From an uncultured bacterium (lineage in GTDB: Bacteria; Eisenbacteria; RBG-16-71-46), in assembly GCA_964434945.1 (NCBI GenBank), contig CAYSWZ010000221.1, positions 4,485 through 68,484 of the forward strand: a stretch of 64,000 nucleotides of DNA. Reading direction: 5' to 3'. A program made the translations under genes and the position numbers. Below, one piece after another: positions 28,061 through 38,712 of this stretch. The notes under the pieces are model-generated. The model did no database searches. It had not been told where the DNA came from and was given only the letters and a program-made list of their open reading frames with translations. Every line of letters starts with the position of its first letter. Within the stretch, counting starts at the first letter, position 1.

Positions 28061-29692
28061 CTACGGGCGCCGGGTCTTGGGCGCCTTGCTGGTGTCCAGC
28101 GCGCCGCCCGCCATCAGCTTCTGGGCCTGCGGGAACAGTTCCAGCGCCTGGCTGAGCTGCGTGTCCTCTTCGACCGCGATCTTGTAGCGCTCGAGCGAGC
28201 CCAGCGTCTCCTGCGCCAGCTCCATGCGCAGCTGGTGGATCGCGAACGGCTTCTCCGCGGTCCACGTCGAGTCGCTCATCTTGACGCCCTTGTTGGTGAT
28301 GGCGTCACGCAGTTCCTTCCAGTCCGCGTCGGCGAGCTTGAACTTGTCGCGCGCCAGCGCCTCGGGCGTCCACTTCACGTCCTTGTGCGCCGTCACCATG
28401 TGGTTCGCGTAGTCGAAGAACGCGCGCTTGGTGATCATGTCGATCTCCGGCCGCGTCAGGTTCGGCGAGTCGTGCACCACCACGTCGGGGTAGATGCCGC
28501 CGCCCCCGAACACCGTGCGGCCGTTCGCGGTCTTGAACTTGGGCCGCGTGGCGAGCGCCGAGTCGCTGGGCACTTCCTCTTTGAACGCGTCCGCCTGGTA
28601 GTCGGCGCTGTCCTCGAACTTCGTGTAGTCGCGCTGGATCCCGCGGCCGCTCGGCGTGTAGTAGCGCGCCACGGTGAGCAGCAGCTTGCCCTCGGACAGG
28701 TTGACCTGGTTCTGCACCAGGCCCTTGCCGAACGTGTTGATGCCGGCCACGAGGCCGCGGTCGAGATCCTGGATCGCGCCCGACACGATCTCCGAGGCCG
28801 AGGCGCTGCCGTGGTCGACGAGCACGATGAGCGCGCCCTCGGTCCACTTCCCCTTGCGGTCGGTGGTGTAGTAGTCGGCGTTGGACGACTGGATCCGCCC
28901 CCGCGTGTACACGAGTTTCTTGTCCTCGGGCACCAGCTGGTCGAGCACGTCCACGGCCTGGTTCAGCAGCCCGCCGGAGTTCGAACGCAGGTCGATGAGC
29001 AGGCTCTTCATGCCCTCGGAACGGAGCGATGCGATCGCCTTCTCCAGCTCCTCGCCGGTCGTTTGGGCGAAGCGGATGATGCGCACGTAGCCCACGCCCG
29101 GCCGGATCATGTACGAGTACGGCACCGACTCGATCGGGATCTTGGCGCGCTCGATGCTGAAGTGCAGCAGCGCGGTCTCGTCGGGGCGCTCGATCGCCAC
29201 CTCCACCGTGCTGCCGGTGGGGCCCTTCAGGAGCTTGAACACGTCGTCGTTGACGAGGCCCTTCTTCAGGGGCTTGCCGTCCACCTCGACGATCTTGTCG
29301 CCGGCGCGGATGCCCAGCCGGTACGCCGGCGTGTTCTCGATCGGGGACAGGACCACGATCTTGTTGTCCACGATGTCGAACTGCACGCCGATCCCGGAGT
29401 ACTCGGCCCGGAAGTTCTCGTCCATCGCGGCGGCGCGCTGCTTGGGCAGGAACACGGTGTGCGGGTCGAGCGTCTTCAACATGCCGTCGATTGCGCCCTT
29501 GATGAGCTTCTCGTTGTCGGGCTGCTCGACGTAGTTGTTCTGCACGGTGAACAGCACCTGGGAGAACAGGTCGAGCTGGCTGCGCAGGTCGTCGGTGGCG
29601 GAGAGCGCGCGCGCGAAGCCGAATCCGAGCAGCAGCGACAGCGCCATGGCGATGCCGAGCGGGCCGAGGGACGAACGACGAGGCTTTTGCAT
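28061..29692 (-). CDS. Carboxy-terminal processing protease (S41 family) with PDZ domain
   Basis: ATG 29692; N-terminal anchor MQKPRRSSLGPLGIAMALSLLLGF. PDZ segment GIGVQFDIVDNKIVVLSPIENTPAYRLGIRAGDKIVEVDG. Catalytic region LVDHGSASASEIVSGAIQD...TFGKGLVQ. Confidence 0.92.
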   Translation of the reverse strand: MQKPRRSSLGPLGIAMALSLLLGFGFARALSATDDLRSQLDLFSQVLFTVQNNYVEQPDNEKLIKGAIDGMLKTLDPHTVFLPKQRAAAMDENFRAEYSGIGVQFDIVDNKIVVLSPIENTPAYRLGIRAGDKIVEVDGKPLKKGLVNDDVFKLLKGPTGSTVEVAIERPDETALLHFSIERAKIPIESVPYSYMIRPGVGYVRIIRFAQTTGEELEKAIASLRSEGMKSLLIDLRSNSGGLLNQAVDVLDQLVPEDKKLVYTRGRIQSSNADYYTTDRKGKWTEGALIVLVDHGSASASEIVSGAIQDLDRGLVAGINTFGKGLVQNQVNLSEGKLLLTVARYYTPSGRGIQRDYTKFEDSADYQADAFKEEVPSDSALATRPKFKTANGRTVFGGGGIYPDVVVHDSPNLTRPEIDMITKRAFFDYANHMVTAHKDVKWTPEALARDKFKLADADWKELRDAITNKGVKMSDSTWTAEKPFAIHQLRMELAQETLGSLERYKIAVEEDTQLSQALELFPQAQKLMAGGALDTSKAPKTRRP

Positions 29693-29699
29693 GTGGGTG

Positions 29700-30896
29700 C
29701 TACCCCCGGGTGAGGGACTCCGGCCGCGCCGGCAGGCGTGACCGCAGCGAGTCCAGGCGTTCCGCGGCGGCTTCCAGAGTCTCGCGTTTCCGGGCAAAAT
29801 GGAAGCGCAGGCGCTGGGAACCGGCCACCGGATCGGAATAGAAGCTCGAGCCCGGCACGGCGGCGACGCCGCCCTCCGAGACGAGCCAGCGGGCGAAGGT
29901 GACGTCGTCGGGGAAGCCGAATCCCGAGATGTCGGTCATCACGTAGTAGGCGCCACGCGGCTTGAACGCGCGGAAACCCGCCGCCTCCAGTATCGGCACG
30001 AGGTATTCCCGGCGTTCGTGGTAACTGACCGCGAGTCGGCGGTAGTAGTCGTCGGGCAGCTCGAGCGCCACCGCCGCGGCTTCCTGGAGCGGCGCCGGCG
30101 CGCCGACGGTGAGGAAATCGTGAACCTTGCGGATCGCGCCGGTGAGGTCCGGCGGCGCAAGGCACCAGCCGATCCGCCAGCCCGTGACACTGTAGGTCTT
30201 GGAGAGCCCCGACACGGTGACCGTGCGCTCGCGCATGCCGTCGAGCGCCGCCATGGACACGTGCTCGGCGCCATCGTAGAGAATGTGCTCGTAGATCTCG
30301 TCCGTGATCGCCAGCGCGTCCCACTTCCGGCACAGGGCGGCGATCGCCTCCAGCTCGGCGCGGGAGAACACCTTGCCGGTGGGGTTGTTCGGCGTGTTGA
30401 CCACGATCGCGCGCGTGCGGTTGTTGAACGCCCCCGCCAGCTCGGCGGGATCGAAGCTCCAGTCGGGCTCGCGCAGGCGCACGAAGCGGGGCACCGCGCC
30501 GGACAGGATGGCGTCGGGCCCGTAGTTCTCGTAGTAGGGCTCGAATACGATCACCTCGTCGCCCGGGTCCACCAGCGCCAGCATCACCGCCGCCATGCAC
30601 TCGGTGGAGCCGCAGCACACGGCCACCTCGCGCTCGGCGTCGAATGCGAGCCCGGTGAAGCGGTGCTGCTTCGCGACCAGCGCGTCGCGCAGGCGCTTCG
30701 CGCCCCAGGTGATGGCGTACTGGTTCACGTCCGCCATCACCGCGCGCGCCGCCTCGGCCTTGACGGGGTCGGGGGCGGGGAAGTCAGGGAAGCCCTGCGA
30801 CAGGTTGACCGCTCCGTGCCGCGTCGCGAGTCGCGTCATCTCGCGGATGACGCTCTCGGTGAAGCGCAGGCTCTTCTGCGAGACGCGGTCGCGCAT
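29700..30896 (-). CDS. Class I/II PLP aminotransferase
   Basis: ATG 30896; NLSQGFPDFP, NTPNNPTGKVF and the PLP lysine in SGLSKTYSVTGWRIGW. The track ORF (1123 aa) is grossly over-extended. Confidence 0.92.
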   Translation of the reverse strand: MRDRVSQKSLRFTESVIREMTRLATRHGAVNLSQGFPDFPAPDPVKAEAARAVMADVNQYAITWGAKRLRDALVAKQHRFTGLAFDAEREVAVCCGSTECMAAVMLALVDPGDEVIVFEPYYENYGPDAILSGAVPRFVRLREPDWSFDPAELAGAFNNRTRAIVVNTPNNPTGKVFSRAELEAIAALCRKWDALAITDEIYEHILYDGAEHVSMAALDGMRERTVTVSGLSKTYSVTGWRIGWCLAPPDLTGAIRKVHDFLTVGAPAPLQEAAAVALELPDDYYRRLAVSYHERREYLVPILEAAGFRAFKPRGAYYVMTDISGFGFPDDVTFARWLVSEGGVAAVPGSSFYSDPVAGSQRLRFHFARKRETLEAAAERLDSLRSRLPARPESLTRG

Positions 30897-31612
30897 CAGT
30901 GCCCGAGCCCGCGGTTGGAGCCGACGTAGGCGTAGCTCTCGACCAGCTGCCGGTAGGCTGCGAGCGATTGCTGGAAGCCCTGCGGCGTGTGCGACGTCAG
31001 CACGAGCAGCATGACCAGGTCCTTGTCGGGCACGTAGGCCACGGCCTCGTGGGGTGGGCCGCCGTCGTCGGAGAAGTAGCGCACGCGCGCGAGATTGCCC
31101 TTCTCGGAGGTGGCGAGCGTGCCCGCGTCGGTGACGATGCCACGCGGCGAGCGCTTGCGGAACGCCTGCTCGTCTTCGGCCATCAGCGTGGTCACGGTGC
31201 GCGTCTTGACCCCGAAGCCGTGGAGCGGGTTCACGTACATGACCGTTGGCGCCGTGGCCCATTTCTGGCCCTTCGGATAGAACACGCAGCGGATGCGCGA
31301 GCCCATGCCGGCCGTGTCGTCGAGCACCCATCCCGGCGGTGCGGCGACCATGAACAGGTGGTCGTCGCCCTCGATGACGAGCGCCTGGCGCACCGAGGGA
31401 GTGCCGGAAGGACTCGCGGGTGCGGCCGGCAGGGAAGGACCCGCCGGCCCGCCGGTGGTCGCGCCCCATGCCGGGGCGGCGCACACCAGAACGATCGCCA
31501 GCGACAGCGCGCGGTGACTCGTACGGACGGTCAGCGGAATCCCCTGGTTGGTGCGGACGGAACGCCCGCGAGGTCGCCACGCGGAAGGGCCCGTGGAGGA
31601 GGCGACGGGCAT
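30896..31612 (-). CDS. Exported hypothetical protein
   Basis: ATG 31612; basic N-region then the hydrophobic stretch ALSLAIVLVCAAPAWG. The stop shares 1 nt with the aminotransferase ATG. No family recognised and the start is uncertain. Confidence 0.6.
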   Translation of the reverse strand: MPVASSTGPSAWRPRGRSVRTNQGIPLTVRTSHRALSLAIVLVCAAPAWGATTGGPAGPSLPAAPASPSGTPSVRQALVIEGDDHLFMVAAPPGWVLDDTAGMGSRIRCVFYPKGQKWATAPTVMYVNPLHGFGVKTRTVTTLMAEDEQAFRKRSPRGIVTDAGTLATSEKGNLARVRYFSDDGGPPHEAVAYVPDKDLVMLLVLTSHTPQGFQQSLAAYRQLVESYAYVGSNRGLGH

Positions 31613-31769
31613 GGCATTGGACGAGTCTAACCCGCCCCGGATCCGCTCCCAACTCGCGATTTGCACGACCGTGATCATTGCCGCGACCAGCGGGGCCCGG
31701 CGCACGGACGGCGCGGCACATCTCACAGCCCGTTGACATGCAGGGCGCGCTCGGACACCGTGACCGCGC

Positions 31770-33227
31770 ATGGATGCCCAACGGATCATCGCCCGGCGGA
31801 GCGTCATCGGACTCCCGCCCGGAGGCCTCACTCCCGCGTGGGAGAAGGATTTCGCCCAGTATCCGCCAGCCGGCGTCATCGTGTTCGCGCGCGATTTCCG
31901 GGACCTCGACGACGCGCGACGGCTGGTGGCGCGCCTGCGTGCGCTCGCACGCCCGCGCCGGTTGCTCGTCTCGCTCGACGAGGAGGGCGGCTGGGTGTCG
32001 CAACTGGCCGGGCACCTCGTGGTGCCGCCCAATGCCGCGACGCTCGCGCGCGCGGCCGGCGCGGCCGACATCGAGTGGATCGCCGGGGTGACCGCGCGCC
32101 GGCTGCACGCGCTCGGCTTCGACTGGGATTACGCGCCGGTCGCCGACGTGCACAGCGAGCCCGACAACCCGGTGATCGGGCCGCGCGCCTGGGGCACCCG
32201 CCCGGAGCAGGTCACGGCGAACGTGGGCGCGTGGCTCGCGGGCTTCCGCGGCTCGGGCGTCGCCGCGTGCGTCAAGCACGCGCCGGGACACGGTGACACG
32301 CGCACCGACTCGCACCTGGCGCTGCCCGTGTGCGAGGCCGACGCGGCCACGCTCGAGGCCCGCGAGTTCGCGCCGTTCAGGGCCCACCCGAACGCCGACT
32401 CGCTCATGACCGCGCACGTGGTCTACCCGGCGCTCGACCCCGGCGTGCCGGCGACGTTCTCGCGGGCGATCGTCCAGGGGTTGCTGCGCGAGCGGCTCGG
32501 ATTCCGGGGCGTCGTGATCACCGACGCGCTCGAGATGCAGGGCGCCGCCGCGGGCCGCACGCCGGCCGAGGCGGGGCTCGCCGCGCTCGCCGCGGGCTGC
32601 GACCTCCTCCTCTACGCCACCTGGAGCGAGGAGGTGCGCCGCGCGCGTGCCACGCTCGCGAAGGCGGTGGTCGATGGCGAGGTGGATCGCCCGCTGTTCG
32701 ACGCCTCCCGCCCGCGCCTCGAAGCGTTCGACGCCGCGCACGCCGAGCCGGGTGAAGCGGAGCTCGCCACGCCGCTCAAGGCCCTCACCCCCGGCGACTG
32801 GGTTCCACGACTCGCGGACATCATCTCGCGCGCGATCCGCGTCGAGGGGCGCTCGCCCGAGAGCGTGGGCGCCTACTCGCACGTCAGTGAGGGCGGCTGG
32901 CGCGTGATCGAGGAGACGCCGCTCAAGTACGGACCGACGTTCGGCGACGCGCTCTACGCCGCCGGCATCCCCGACGGCGGAGCGGCGCCCGCCGTGGACG
33001 TGATCGCCATCGCCTCGCGCGTGCCGCTCGCGCCCGAGCGGATCGCCGCCATGCGCGCGCACGCCGCGCACCGGCCGACGGTCGTGGTCGGGCTCCAGAA
33101 CGACCGCTTCCTCGAACAGGTCCCCGAGGCGGCGCTCCGATTGTCGGCGGCCGACTGCACGCCCCTCACGCGCCGCGTCGTGGCGGAGCGGCTGGCGTCA
33201 TTGCGGCGCGGGGCGAAGACGGCGTAG
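31770..33227 (+). CDS. nagZ: Glycoside hydrolase family 3 (NagZ-like beta-N-acetylhexosaminidase) with a C-terminal extension
   Basis: SLDEEGGWV, PVADV...NPVIGPRAWG, CVKHAPGHGDTRTDSH and VITDALEM are GH3 N-terminal-domain hallmarks. Confidence 0.88.
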   Translation: MDAQRIIARRSVIGLPPGGLTPAWEKDFAQYPPAGVIVFARDFRDLDDARRLVARLRALARPRRLLVSLDEEGGWVSQLAGHLVVPPNAATLARAAGAADIEWIAGVTARRLHALGFDWDYAPVADVHSEPDNPVIGPRAWGTRPEQVTANVGAWLAGFRGSGVAACVKHAPGHGDTRTDSHLALPVCEADAATLEAREFAPFRAHPNADSLMTAHVVYPALDPGVPATFSRAIVQGLLRERLGFRGVVITDALEMQGAAAGRTPAEAGLAALAAGCDLLLYATWSEEVRRARATLAKAVVDGEVDRPLFDASRPRLEAFDAAHAEPGEAELATPLKALTPGDWVPRLADIISRAIRVEGRSPESVGAYSHVSEGGWRVIEETPLKYGPTFGDALYAAGIPDGGAAPAVDVIAIASRVPLAPERIAAMRAHAAHRPTVVVGLQNDRFLEQVPEAALRLSAADCTPLTRRVVAERLASLRRGAKTA

Positions 33228-33232
33228 CGCCG

Positions 33233-34822
33233 TCACTTTCCGCCGCGTTTCCGTCCCCATCCTCCGCCGCCCGGACTCGCGACCGTGAGGTCGCTCCCGG
33301 CCGGCAGATCGACCGTGAACTTCCCCGGCATGCGCCGCGTGCGCCGGCCTTCCCTGACGAGCGTGCGCCCAGGGGCGCCGGGTTCGCCGCCCTGCAAGCC
33401 ATAGGGGCCGCGCACCCGCCGCTCGGCGATCACCGTGACGCGTGCCGGCACCAGCAGCTCGACCGTCCGCTCGATGCCGTCCCCGCCGGGATTCCGGCCG
33501 CGTCCGCCGCTCCCCCGCCGCACGCGCAGCGATCGCACCCGGAGCGGGTAGGCGTGTTCGAGCGACTCGACCGGCGTGTTGCGCGTGTTGGTCATGTGCA
33601 CCTGCATCGCGCTCTCCCCCGGCCCCGCGGGCCCGCCGCCATGCCCGCCCCCGAGCGTCTCGTAGTAGGCGAACGCCCGGTTCCGGCGCGGATCGTGGCC
33701 GCCGATCAGCACGTTGTTCATGGTGCCGCTGCTCGCCGCCGGCACGCGGTCCGGCAGCGCGCGCGCGAACGCACCGAGCACGGTGTCCACGATCCTCTGG
33801 CTGGTCTCGACGTTTCCCGCCCCGACCGCGCCCGGAAGCGCAGGGTTGACGAGGCTCGGGAATGGCGCGACCACGTCGATCGCGCGCAAGAGCCCGTCGT
33901 TGACCGCGATGTCCGCTCGAAGCACGCAGCGGACCACGTAGAGCGTGGCCGCGGTGGTGACCGCGCGTACCGCGTTGACGGGGCCGGCGGCCTGCGGCGC
34001 GGTGCCGGTGAAGTCGGCGCGGACGCTGCCACCGCCGATCGTGAGCGCGACGCGGATCGGCAGGGGGCCGTTCCCCAGGCCGTCGTCGTCGAGCGCGTCC
34101 TCGAACCGGAACGTGCCGCGCGGCAGGCGTGCGAGGAGCGCGCGCGCGTGGCGTTCGGTGGCATCGAGGAGCGCCGTCGCGGCCCGCTCGAGCTCGCGCG
34201 CGCCACCCCTCGCCGCGAGCTCCTCGAGGCGCCGCGCGCCGGTGACCTGGGCGCCGAGTTGCGCGGCCAGGTCGGCGCGGCGCTCGTGCGGGGTGCGGAC
34301 GTTGGCGAGGAGCATGGCCAGGATCCCGGGATCGTCGCGCCCCGCGCGGCGCAGGAACACGGGCGGGATGCGGAGCCCCTCCTCGTAGACCTCGCGCGCG
34401 ATCGGGAGCGAGCCCGGCGCGGCGCCGCCCACGTCGGCGTGGTGCGCGCGGCTCGCGACGAAGAACGAAGGTGTGCGGCCGCGGCCGAGGAAGACCGGGG
34501 AGACGATCGTCAGGTCCGGGAGGTGGGTGCCCCCGTCGTAGGGATCGTTGAGCAGCACCGCGTCACCCCGGCCGAAGGGTGCGAGCCGGAGCGCCGCCTC
34601 GACCGCGCGCGGCATGCTCCCGAGGTGGACCGGGATGTGCGCCGCCTGCGCCACGAGCCGGGCGCGAGCGTCGAACACCGCGCACGAGTGGTCGAGCCGC
34701 TCGGTGATGTTGGGCGAGTGGGCGGCGCGCATGAGCGTCGCCCCCATCTCCTCGGCACATGCCGCGAAGAGGCCGCGGAAGAGCGCGAGTGAGACGGCGT
34801 CGGGTGCCGGGCCGCGTCTCAC
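33233..34822 (-). CDS. hyuB: Hydantoinase B / oxoprolinase family protein
   Basis: GTG 34822..34820 overlaps the hyuA TGA (GTGA). [28 protein letters not shown] and [12 protein letters not shown] are family strings. Confidence 0.9.
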   Translation of the reverse strand: MRRGPAPDAVSLALFRGLFAACAEEMGATLMRAAHSPNITERLDHSCAVFDARARLVAQAAHIPVHLGSMPRAVEAALRLAPFGRGDAVLLNDPYDGGTHLPDLTIVSPVFLGRGRTPSFFVASRAHHADVGGAAPGSLPIAREVYEEGLRIPPVFLRRAGRDDPGILAMLLANVRTPHERRADLAAQLGAQVTGARRLEELAARGGARELERAATALLDATERHARALLARLPRGTFRFEDALDDDGLGNGPLPIRVALTIGGGSVRADFTGTAPQAAGPVNAVRAVTTAATLYVVRCVLRADIAVNDGLLRAIDVVAPFPSLVNPALPGAVGAGNVETSQRIVDTVLGAFARALPDRVPAASSGTMNNVLIGGHDPRRNRAFAYYETLGGGHGGGPAGPGESAMQVHMTNTRNTPVESLEHAYPLRVRSLRVRRGSGGRGRNPGGDGIERTVELLVPARVTVIAERRVRGPYGLQGGEPGAPGRTLVREGRRTRRMPGKFTVDLPAGSDLTVASPGGGGWGRKRGGK

Positions 34823-36870
34823 CGGAGCCTCGCTGGCGTGAGGACGACCGCGCCCGAGTCGTGCGACCGTGCGCGCCAGCCGGCGGCCACCCAGAGCGTG
34901 GCGCCGTCGTCCACGATCACGGCCGGGCCGCGCAGCGTGGCGCCGGGGACGAGCTCCCGTCGCTCGCGGAACTCCGCACGCACCGTGCGCCCGGCGTCCC
35001 ACGCGATCACACGTCGCGGGCGCGCATCCGCGCGCGGGATCCGGGCAGGCCGCCGTTCGCGCGGCAGGGCCACGGGCAGCCAGCCGCCGACTTCGAGCGT
35101 CACCACCTCCACGTCGCCGTCCCGGTCGGCAAAGCCGTAGCGCCGCTCGTGCGCGACGTGAAAGCGCTCGGCGAGCGAGGTGAGAGGCGAGGCCTCGACC
35201 GTGAGCTCGTGTGCCTGCCCGAGCCCGCGCACCTCCGCGCGCCGCTCGAGCCGGACACGCGCTCGCTCGGAGGCGGCGAACGTCGCCAGCACCTCGCGCT
35301 CGAGAGTCTTCATCGCGCTCCCGAGCTCGCGCTGGCTGTGCACGTCCAGCAGCACGCTCCGCGAACGCTCGCGGCGCGAGCCGCCCTCCAGCGCGCCGAG
35401 CGCGCACAGCACGCCCGCGTCGCGCGGCCAGATCGCCGCCGGCATGCCGAGCGCGGCCGCGAGCGCGCACGCGTGGAGCCCGCCCGCGCCGCCGAACACG
35501 ACCAGCGCCGCGCCGCGCGGGTCCTCGCCCGACTCGACCGACACTTTCCGGAGCGCGGCTTCCATGCGCGCCTCGGCCACGCGCAGCACGGCGTCCGCCG
35601 CCTGCTCGGGCGTCGGCACCCGGATGTCGCGGGCGAGCTTCGCCAGCGCGGCGCGCGCCGCCGCGCGGTCCAGGGCCAGCGCGCCGCCCGCCAGCGAATC
35701 GCCGGCGATGGCACCCAGCACCACCAGCGCGTCGGTCACCGTGGCCGGCCCGCCGCGGCCGTAGCACGCGGGCCCTGGCTCCGCACCGGCGCTCTCGGGC
35801 CCGACCTCGAGCACGCCGCCCGCGTCCACCCGCGCGATGGACCCGCCGCCCGCGCCGACCGTGTGCACGTCGAGCGTGGGGCAGAGCACCGGAATGCCCG
35901 CCACCTCGCGGCCGCGCCGGCGCGGCAGGCCGTCCGCACCGGTGTCGCGCCCGCCGAGGAACGCACAGTCGGTGGACGTGCCGCCCACGTCGAGCGACAG
36001 CACGGCGCGGTATCCGCACGCGCGCCCCGCGGCGAGCGCCGCGCGCAGGCCGGCGGCGGGCCCCGACAGGAGCTGTCGCACCGGCTCGCGGGCGGCCTGC
36101 GCGGGCGGCGCGGTGCCGCCGTGCGACAGCACGATCTCGATCTCGCCGCGCCCGCTCGCGGCGAGCGAGTCGAGGTAGCCGCGGAGCAGCGGGACCAGGT
36201 ACGCGTTCGCCACCGTGGTGGCGAGCCGCTCGTACTCCCGGATCTCGGGGATCAGCTCGGTGGCGCTCGTCACCGGCACGCCGAGCGCGCCCAACGCCCG
36301 CGCCAGCCGGAGCTCATGAGACGGATTCGACCAGGCGTGGAGGAGCCCCACCGCGACCGCCTCGGGGCGCGTCGCGCGCGCGCGCCGCACCGTGTTCGCG
36401 ATCTCCCCCGCGGTGAGCGCGGTCAGCACCTTCCCGCCCGCGGCCAGGCGCTCACGCACCCCGAGCCTTCGCTCGCCCGGCACCAGCGGCACGGGCCGGC
36501 GTGGCTGGAGTGAATAAATGTCGGGACGCTCCTGCCGGCCCACCTCGAGCACATCCTCGAAGCCGGCCGTGGTCACGAGCGTCACCCGCGCGCCCTTTCG
36601 CTCGAGGAGCGCGTTCGTCGCCACGGTGGAGCCGTGCCGCACGCGCGTCCCGCGCTCGGCGCCCGCACGCGCGAGAGCCTCCAGCACGGCGGCCGCGGGC
36701 GCGCGCGGCGTGGACGGCACCTTGAACGCGATGCGGCGCCCGCCACGCCACGCCACGACATCGGTGAACGTGCCGCCGGTGTCCACGCCGACAGCGACCG
36801 CGGGCGGGAGCGGTGGCGGCCCCGCGGCGGCTCCGGAGCGCGGCGCTTCAGTCCGTTTGCGGACGCGCAA
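34819..36870 (-). CDS. hyuA: Hydantoinase A / oxoprolinase family protein
   Basis: [29 protein letters not shown] and LDVGGTSTD. Start is TTG 36870 with GGAGGAAG just upstream, so the exact start is uncertain. Confidence 0.9.
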   Translation of the reverse strand: MRVRKRTEAPRSGAAAGPPPLPPAVAVGVDTGGTFTDVVAWRGGRRIAFKVPSTPRAPAAAVLEALARAGAERGTRVRHGSTVATNALLERKGARVTLVTTAGFEDVLEVGRQERPDIYSLQPRRPVPLVPGERRLGVRERLAAGGKVLTALTAGEIANTVRRARATRPEAVAVGLLHAWSNPSHELRLARALGALGVPVTSATELIPEIREYERLATTVANAYLVPLLRGYLDSLAASGRGEIEIVLSHGGTAPPAQAAREPVRQLLSGPAAGLRAALAAGRACGYRAVLSLDVGGTSTDCAFLGGRDTGADGLPRRRGREVAGIPVLCPTLDVHTVGAGGGSIARVDAGGVLEVGPESAGAEPGPACYGRGGPATVTDALVVLGAIAGDSLAGGALALDRAAARAALAKLARDIRVPTPEQAADAVLRVAEARMEAALRKVSVESGEDPRGAALVVFGGAGGLHACALAAALGMPAAIWPRDAGVLCALGALEGGSRRERSRSVLLDVHSQRELGSAMKTLEREVLATFAASERARVRLERRAEVRGLGQAHELTVEASPLTSLAERFHVAHERRYGFADRDGDVEVVTLEVGGWLPVALPRERRPARIPRADARPRRVIAWDAGRTVRAEFRERRELVPGATLRGPAVIVDDGATLWVAAGWRARSHDSGAVVLTPARLR

Positions 36871-37390
36871 GCTTCCTCCAGCGCTCGAGCAGGAAGACCG
36901 CCGCGACCAGCACCACGAGTCCGAGCAGCGCCCACGACGGAACGGGGAACTCGTGCCCGAGCCACGCCAGGAGCGCGAAGTACGGGATGCCGCCGAGCAG
37001 CACCGCGAGGAAGTAGCGCGGCAGCGGGTAGCTGCCCGCGGCGGCGACGAGCTTGACCGGGGCGTCGGGAAGCGGCGTCGCGCGTGCGATCAGGATGGCG
37101 AGGAACGACGCGTGCGGTGAGCCGGCGAGCGTCCGCTCGACTCGGTCGCGCGAGGGCGCGAAGCGCCGGACCCAGGGCCAGTCCGTCGCGAGCACCCAGC
37201 GGAAGACCATCATCTGGACCGTGCTGCCGGCGCCCGCCGCCGCGGCGCCGAAGAGGCCCACCTGCCAGGGCTCGAAGCGAGGCGCGTAGGCGAGGAGCAG
37301 CGGCGTCGAGAACGCGGCGAGCGTGGCGTTGTCCACGAACAGCAGCAGGCAGAGGACCGGCAGCGGCAGCTCGGGCGGGGCGAGCTTCAT
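36848..37390 (-). CDS. DedA/VTT (TVP38-like) membrane protein
   Basis: ATG 37390; 180 aa with about 4-5 TM spans and ARATPLPDAPVKLVAAAGSYPLPRYFLAVLLGGIPYF. The 3' end overlaps the hyuA start by 23 nt. Confidence 0.7.
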   Translation of the reverse strand: MKLAPPELPLPVLCLLLFVDNATLAAFSTPLLLAYAPRFEPWQVGLFGAAAAGAGSTVQMMVFRWVLATDWPWVRRFAPSRDRVERTLAGSPHASFLAILIARATPLPDAPVKLVAAAGSYPLPRYFLAVLLGGIPYFALLAWLGHEFPVPSWALLGLVVLVAAVFLLERWRKLARPQTD

Positions 37391-37627
37391 GAGGTCGCTC
37401 ACGCTGGACAGCAGGACGCCGGGCACGCGACCTCCAGGCAGGATCCGGGGCGCGCCACTCGGGTGCGGCGCGGGCTCGCGGCACCTTGCCGCACGCCCGC
37501 CGCGGCCGCAAACGCGGCTCCGCGCCGCCGCTCGCCCGGTGCTCCGCGCGCATGCCTTGCCCTGCGCCGGCCGCATGCGCGCGCGCGCGGTGTCCGGGCG
37601 CGCGGTTCACGCGAGCGGCGAACGCGC

Positions 37628-37656
37628 TTGACACCCAGACCCGCTATGCTTAGAAT
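37628..37656 (+). promoter_or_regulatory. Near-consensus sigma-70 promoter giving a leaderless or near-leaderless padR mRNA
   Basis: TTGACA (37628..37633), a 17-nt spacer, then TAGAAT (37651..37656). The padR ATG is at 37665, only 8 nt after the -10 element, and there is no RBS. Confidence 0.7.
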
Positions 37657-37664
37657 AACTGAGT

Positions 37665-38006
37665 ATGAAGCGTGAAGCCGTACTCACCGGACAGCTGGAT
37701 CTGTTGGTGCTCGCCGTGCTCGCGCGCCGCCCGGCGCACGGCTATGCCGTGCTCGAGGCACTGCGGGTCCGGAGCGGCGGCCTCTTCGACCTGCCCGAGG
37801 GGAGCCTCTACCCGGCGCTCTATCGCCTCGAGCACGCCGGGTTCCTCGCCAGCGAGACGCGCGTCGTCGCCGGCCGCACGCGGCGGACGTACGCGATCAC
37901 CGCCAGCGGGCGCGCTGCGCTCCGGGACCGGCAGGCCGCCTGGCAGAAGCTGGTGCGCAGCATCGCCGCCGTCACGGGGGACGGACCGGTTCCCGACCAT
38001 GGCTAG
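37665..38006 (+). CDS. PadR family transcriptional regulator
   Basis: LDLLVLAVLARRPAHGYAVLEAL...GSLYPALYRLEHAGFLAS...RRTYAITASG is the winged-helix PadR signature. Confidence 0.93.
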   Translation: MKREAVLTGQLDLLVLAVLARRPAHGYAVLEALRVRSGGLFDLPEGSLYPALYRLEHAGFLASETRVVAGRTRRTYAITASGRAALRDRQAAWQKLVRSIAAVTGDGPVPDHG

Positions 38007-38622
38007 GGCCATCGAGCGCTACCTCGGGGAGCTGCGCGCCGAGCTGAGGCACGACCCGCTGCTCGCACGACGGCTCTGTGAGGAAGTCGCCGATCACCTG
38101 GCCGAGATCGCGGCCAGCGAAAGGAGGAACGGGATGACGGAGTCCGATGCCGAGGAGGCCGCCGTGCGCCGCTTCGGCCCGCCGGGGCCGCTGGCCCGCC
38201 AGTTCGACCGCTTCTCGCTCCCGTTGCGGGTGCTCCTCGCCGGTGCGGGCCTCGCGACGGCGCTCATCGCCCTCTGGCTCTTCAGCGTGATCGCGTTCGT
38301 CCTTCCCCAGCGCGACCCGGCGCACGTGCCGATGTGGACCGCGCTCTCGCTCGGGTTCCTCTGCTATGCGGCGCTCACGCTCGCCTTCGTGGTCCGCGGA
38401 CCCCGCCCGCCGTTCCTTCCGGCGCTGGTCGTGGCGCTCTCGCTCGCCGCGATCGGGTTCGGCGGCTACGCGGTGAGCCGCATGCTCGCGGCCGCGAGCG
38501 GCAGCGGGCACTTCGAGGGCTATCTCCTGATCATGGGGATCGTGCTCGCGGGGCACGGACTGTGCGCGCTCGCCTATACCACGCTCACCGCGGAGATCGC
38601 CCGTCGCGTACGCGCGGGCTGA
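37999..38622 (+). CDS. PadR-associated membrane protein (DUF1700/HAAS-like N-terminal helix plus 4 TM)
   Basis: ATG 37999 overlaps the padR 3' end by 8 nt. IERYLGELRAELRHDP...EEVADHLAE is followed by four hydrophobic spans. Confidence 0.75.
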   Translation: MARAIERYLGELRAELRHDPLLARRLCEEVADHLAEIAASERRNGMTESDAEEAAVRRFGPPGPLARQFDRFSLPLRVLLAGAGLATALIALWLFSVIAFVLPQRDPAHVPMWTALSLGFLCYAALTLAFVVRGPRPPFLPALVVALSLAAIGFGGYAVSRMLAAASGSGHFEGYLLIMGIVLAGHGLCALAYTTLTAEIARRVRAG

Positions 38623-38712
38623 GCTCCGGCATCGCGGAGCAGCGATGACCCGCAACTCTCCCCGGACTCACCGGCCGGCGCAGCGCGGCCGCGGAGAGTT
38701 CTCGAAGGGAGC

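Noticed and set aside
29700-33071. Track ORFs whose N-termini run far upstream of the recognisable protein, for example 29700..33071, 33233..36019, 57109..59553, 55883..57832, 7864..9549, 16486..18666 and 24486..26981.
   Set aside because: The extensions overlap the upstream gene in another frame and are compositionally junk. Internal ATG/GTG starts with an RBS, a signal peptide or a 1-4 nt overlap with the upstream stop give proteins of family-typical length.
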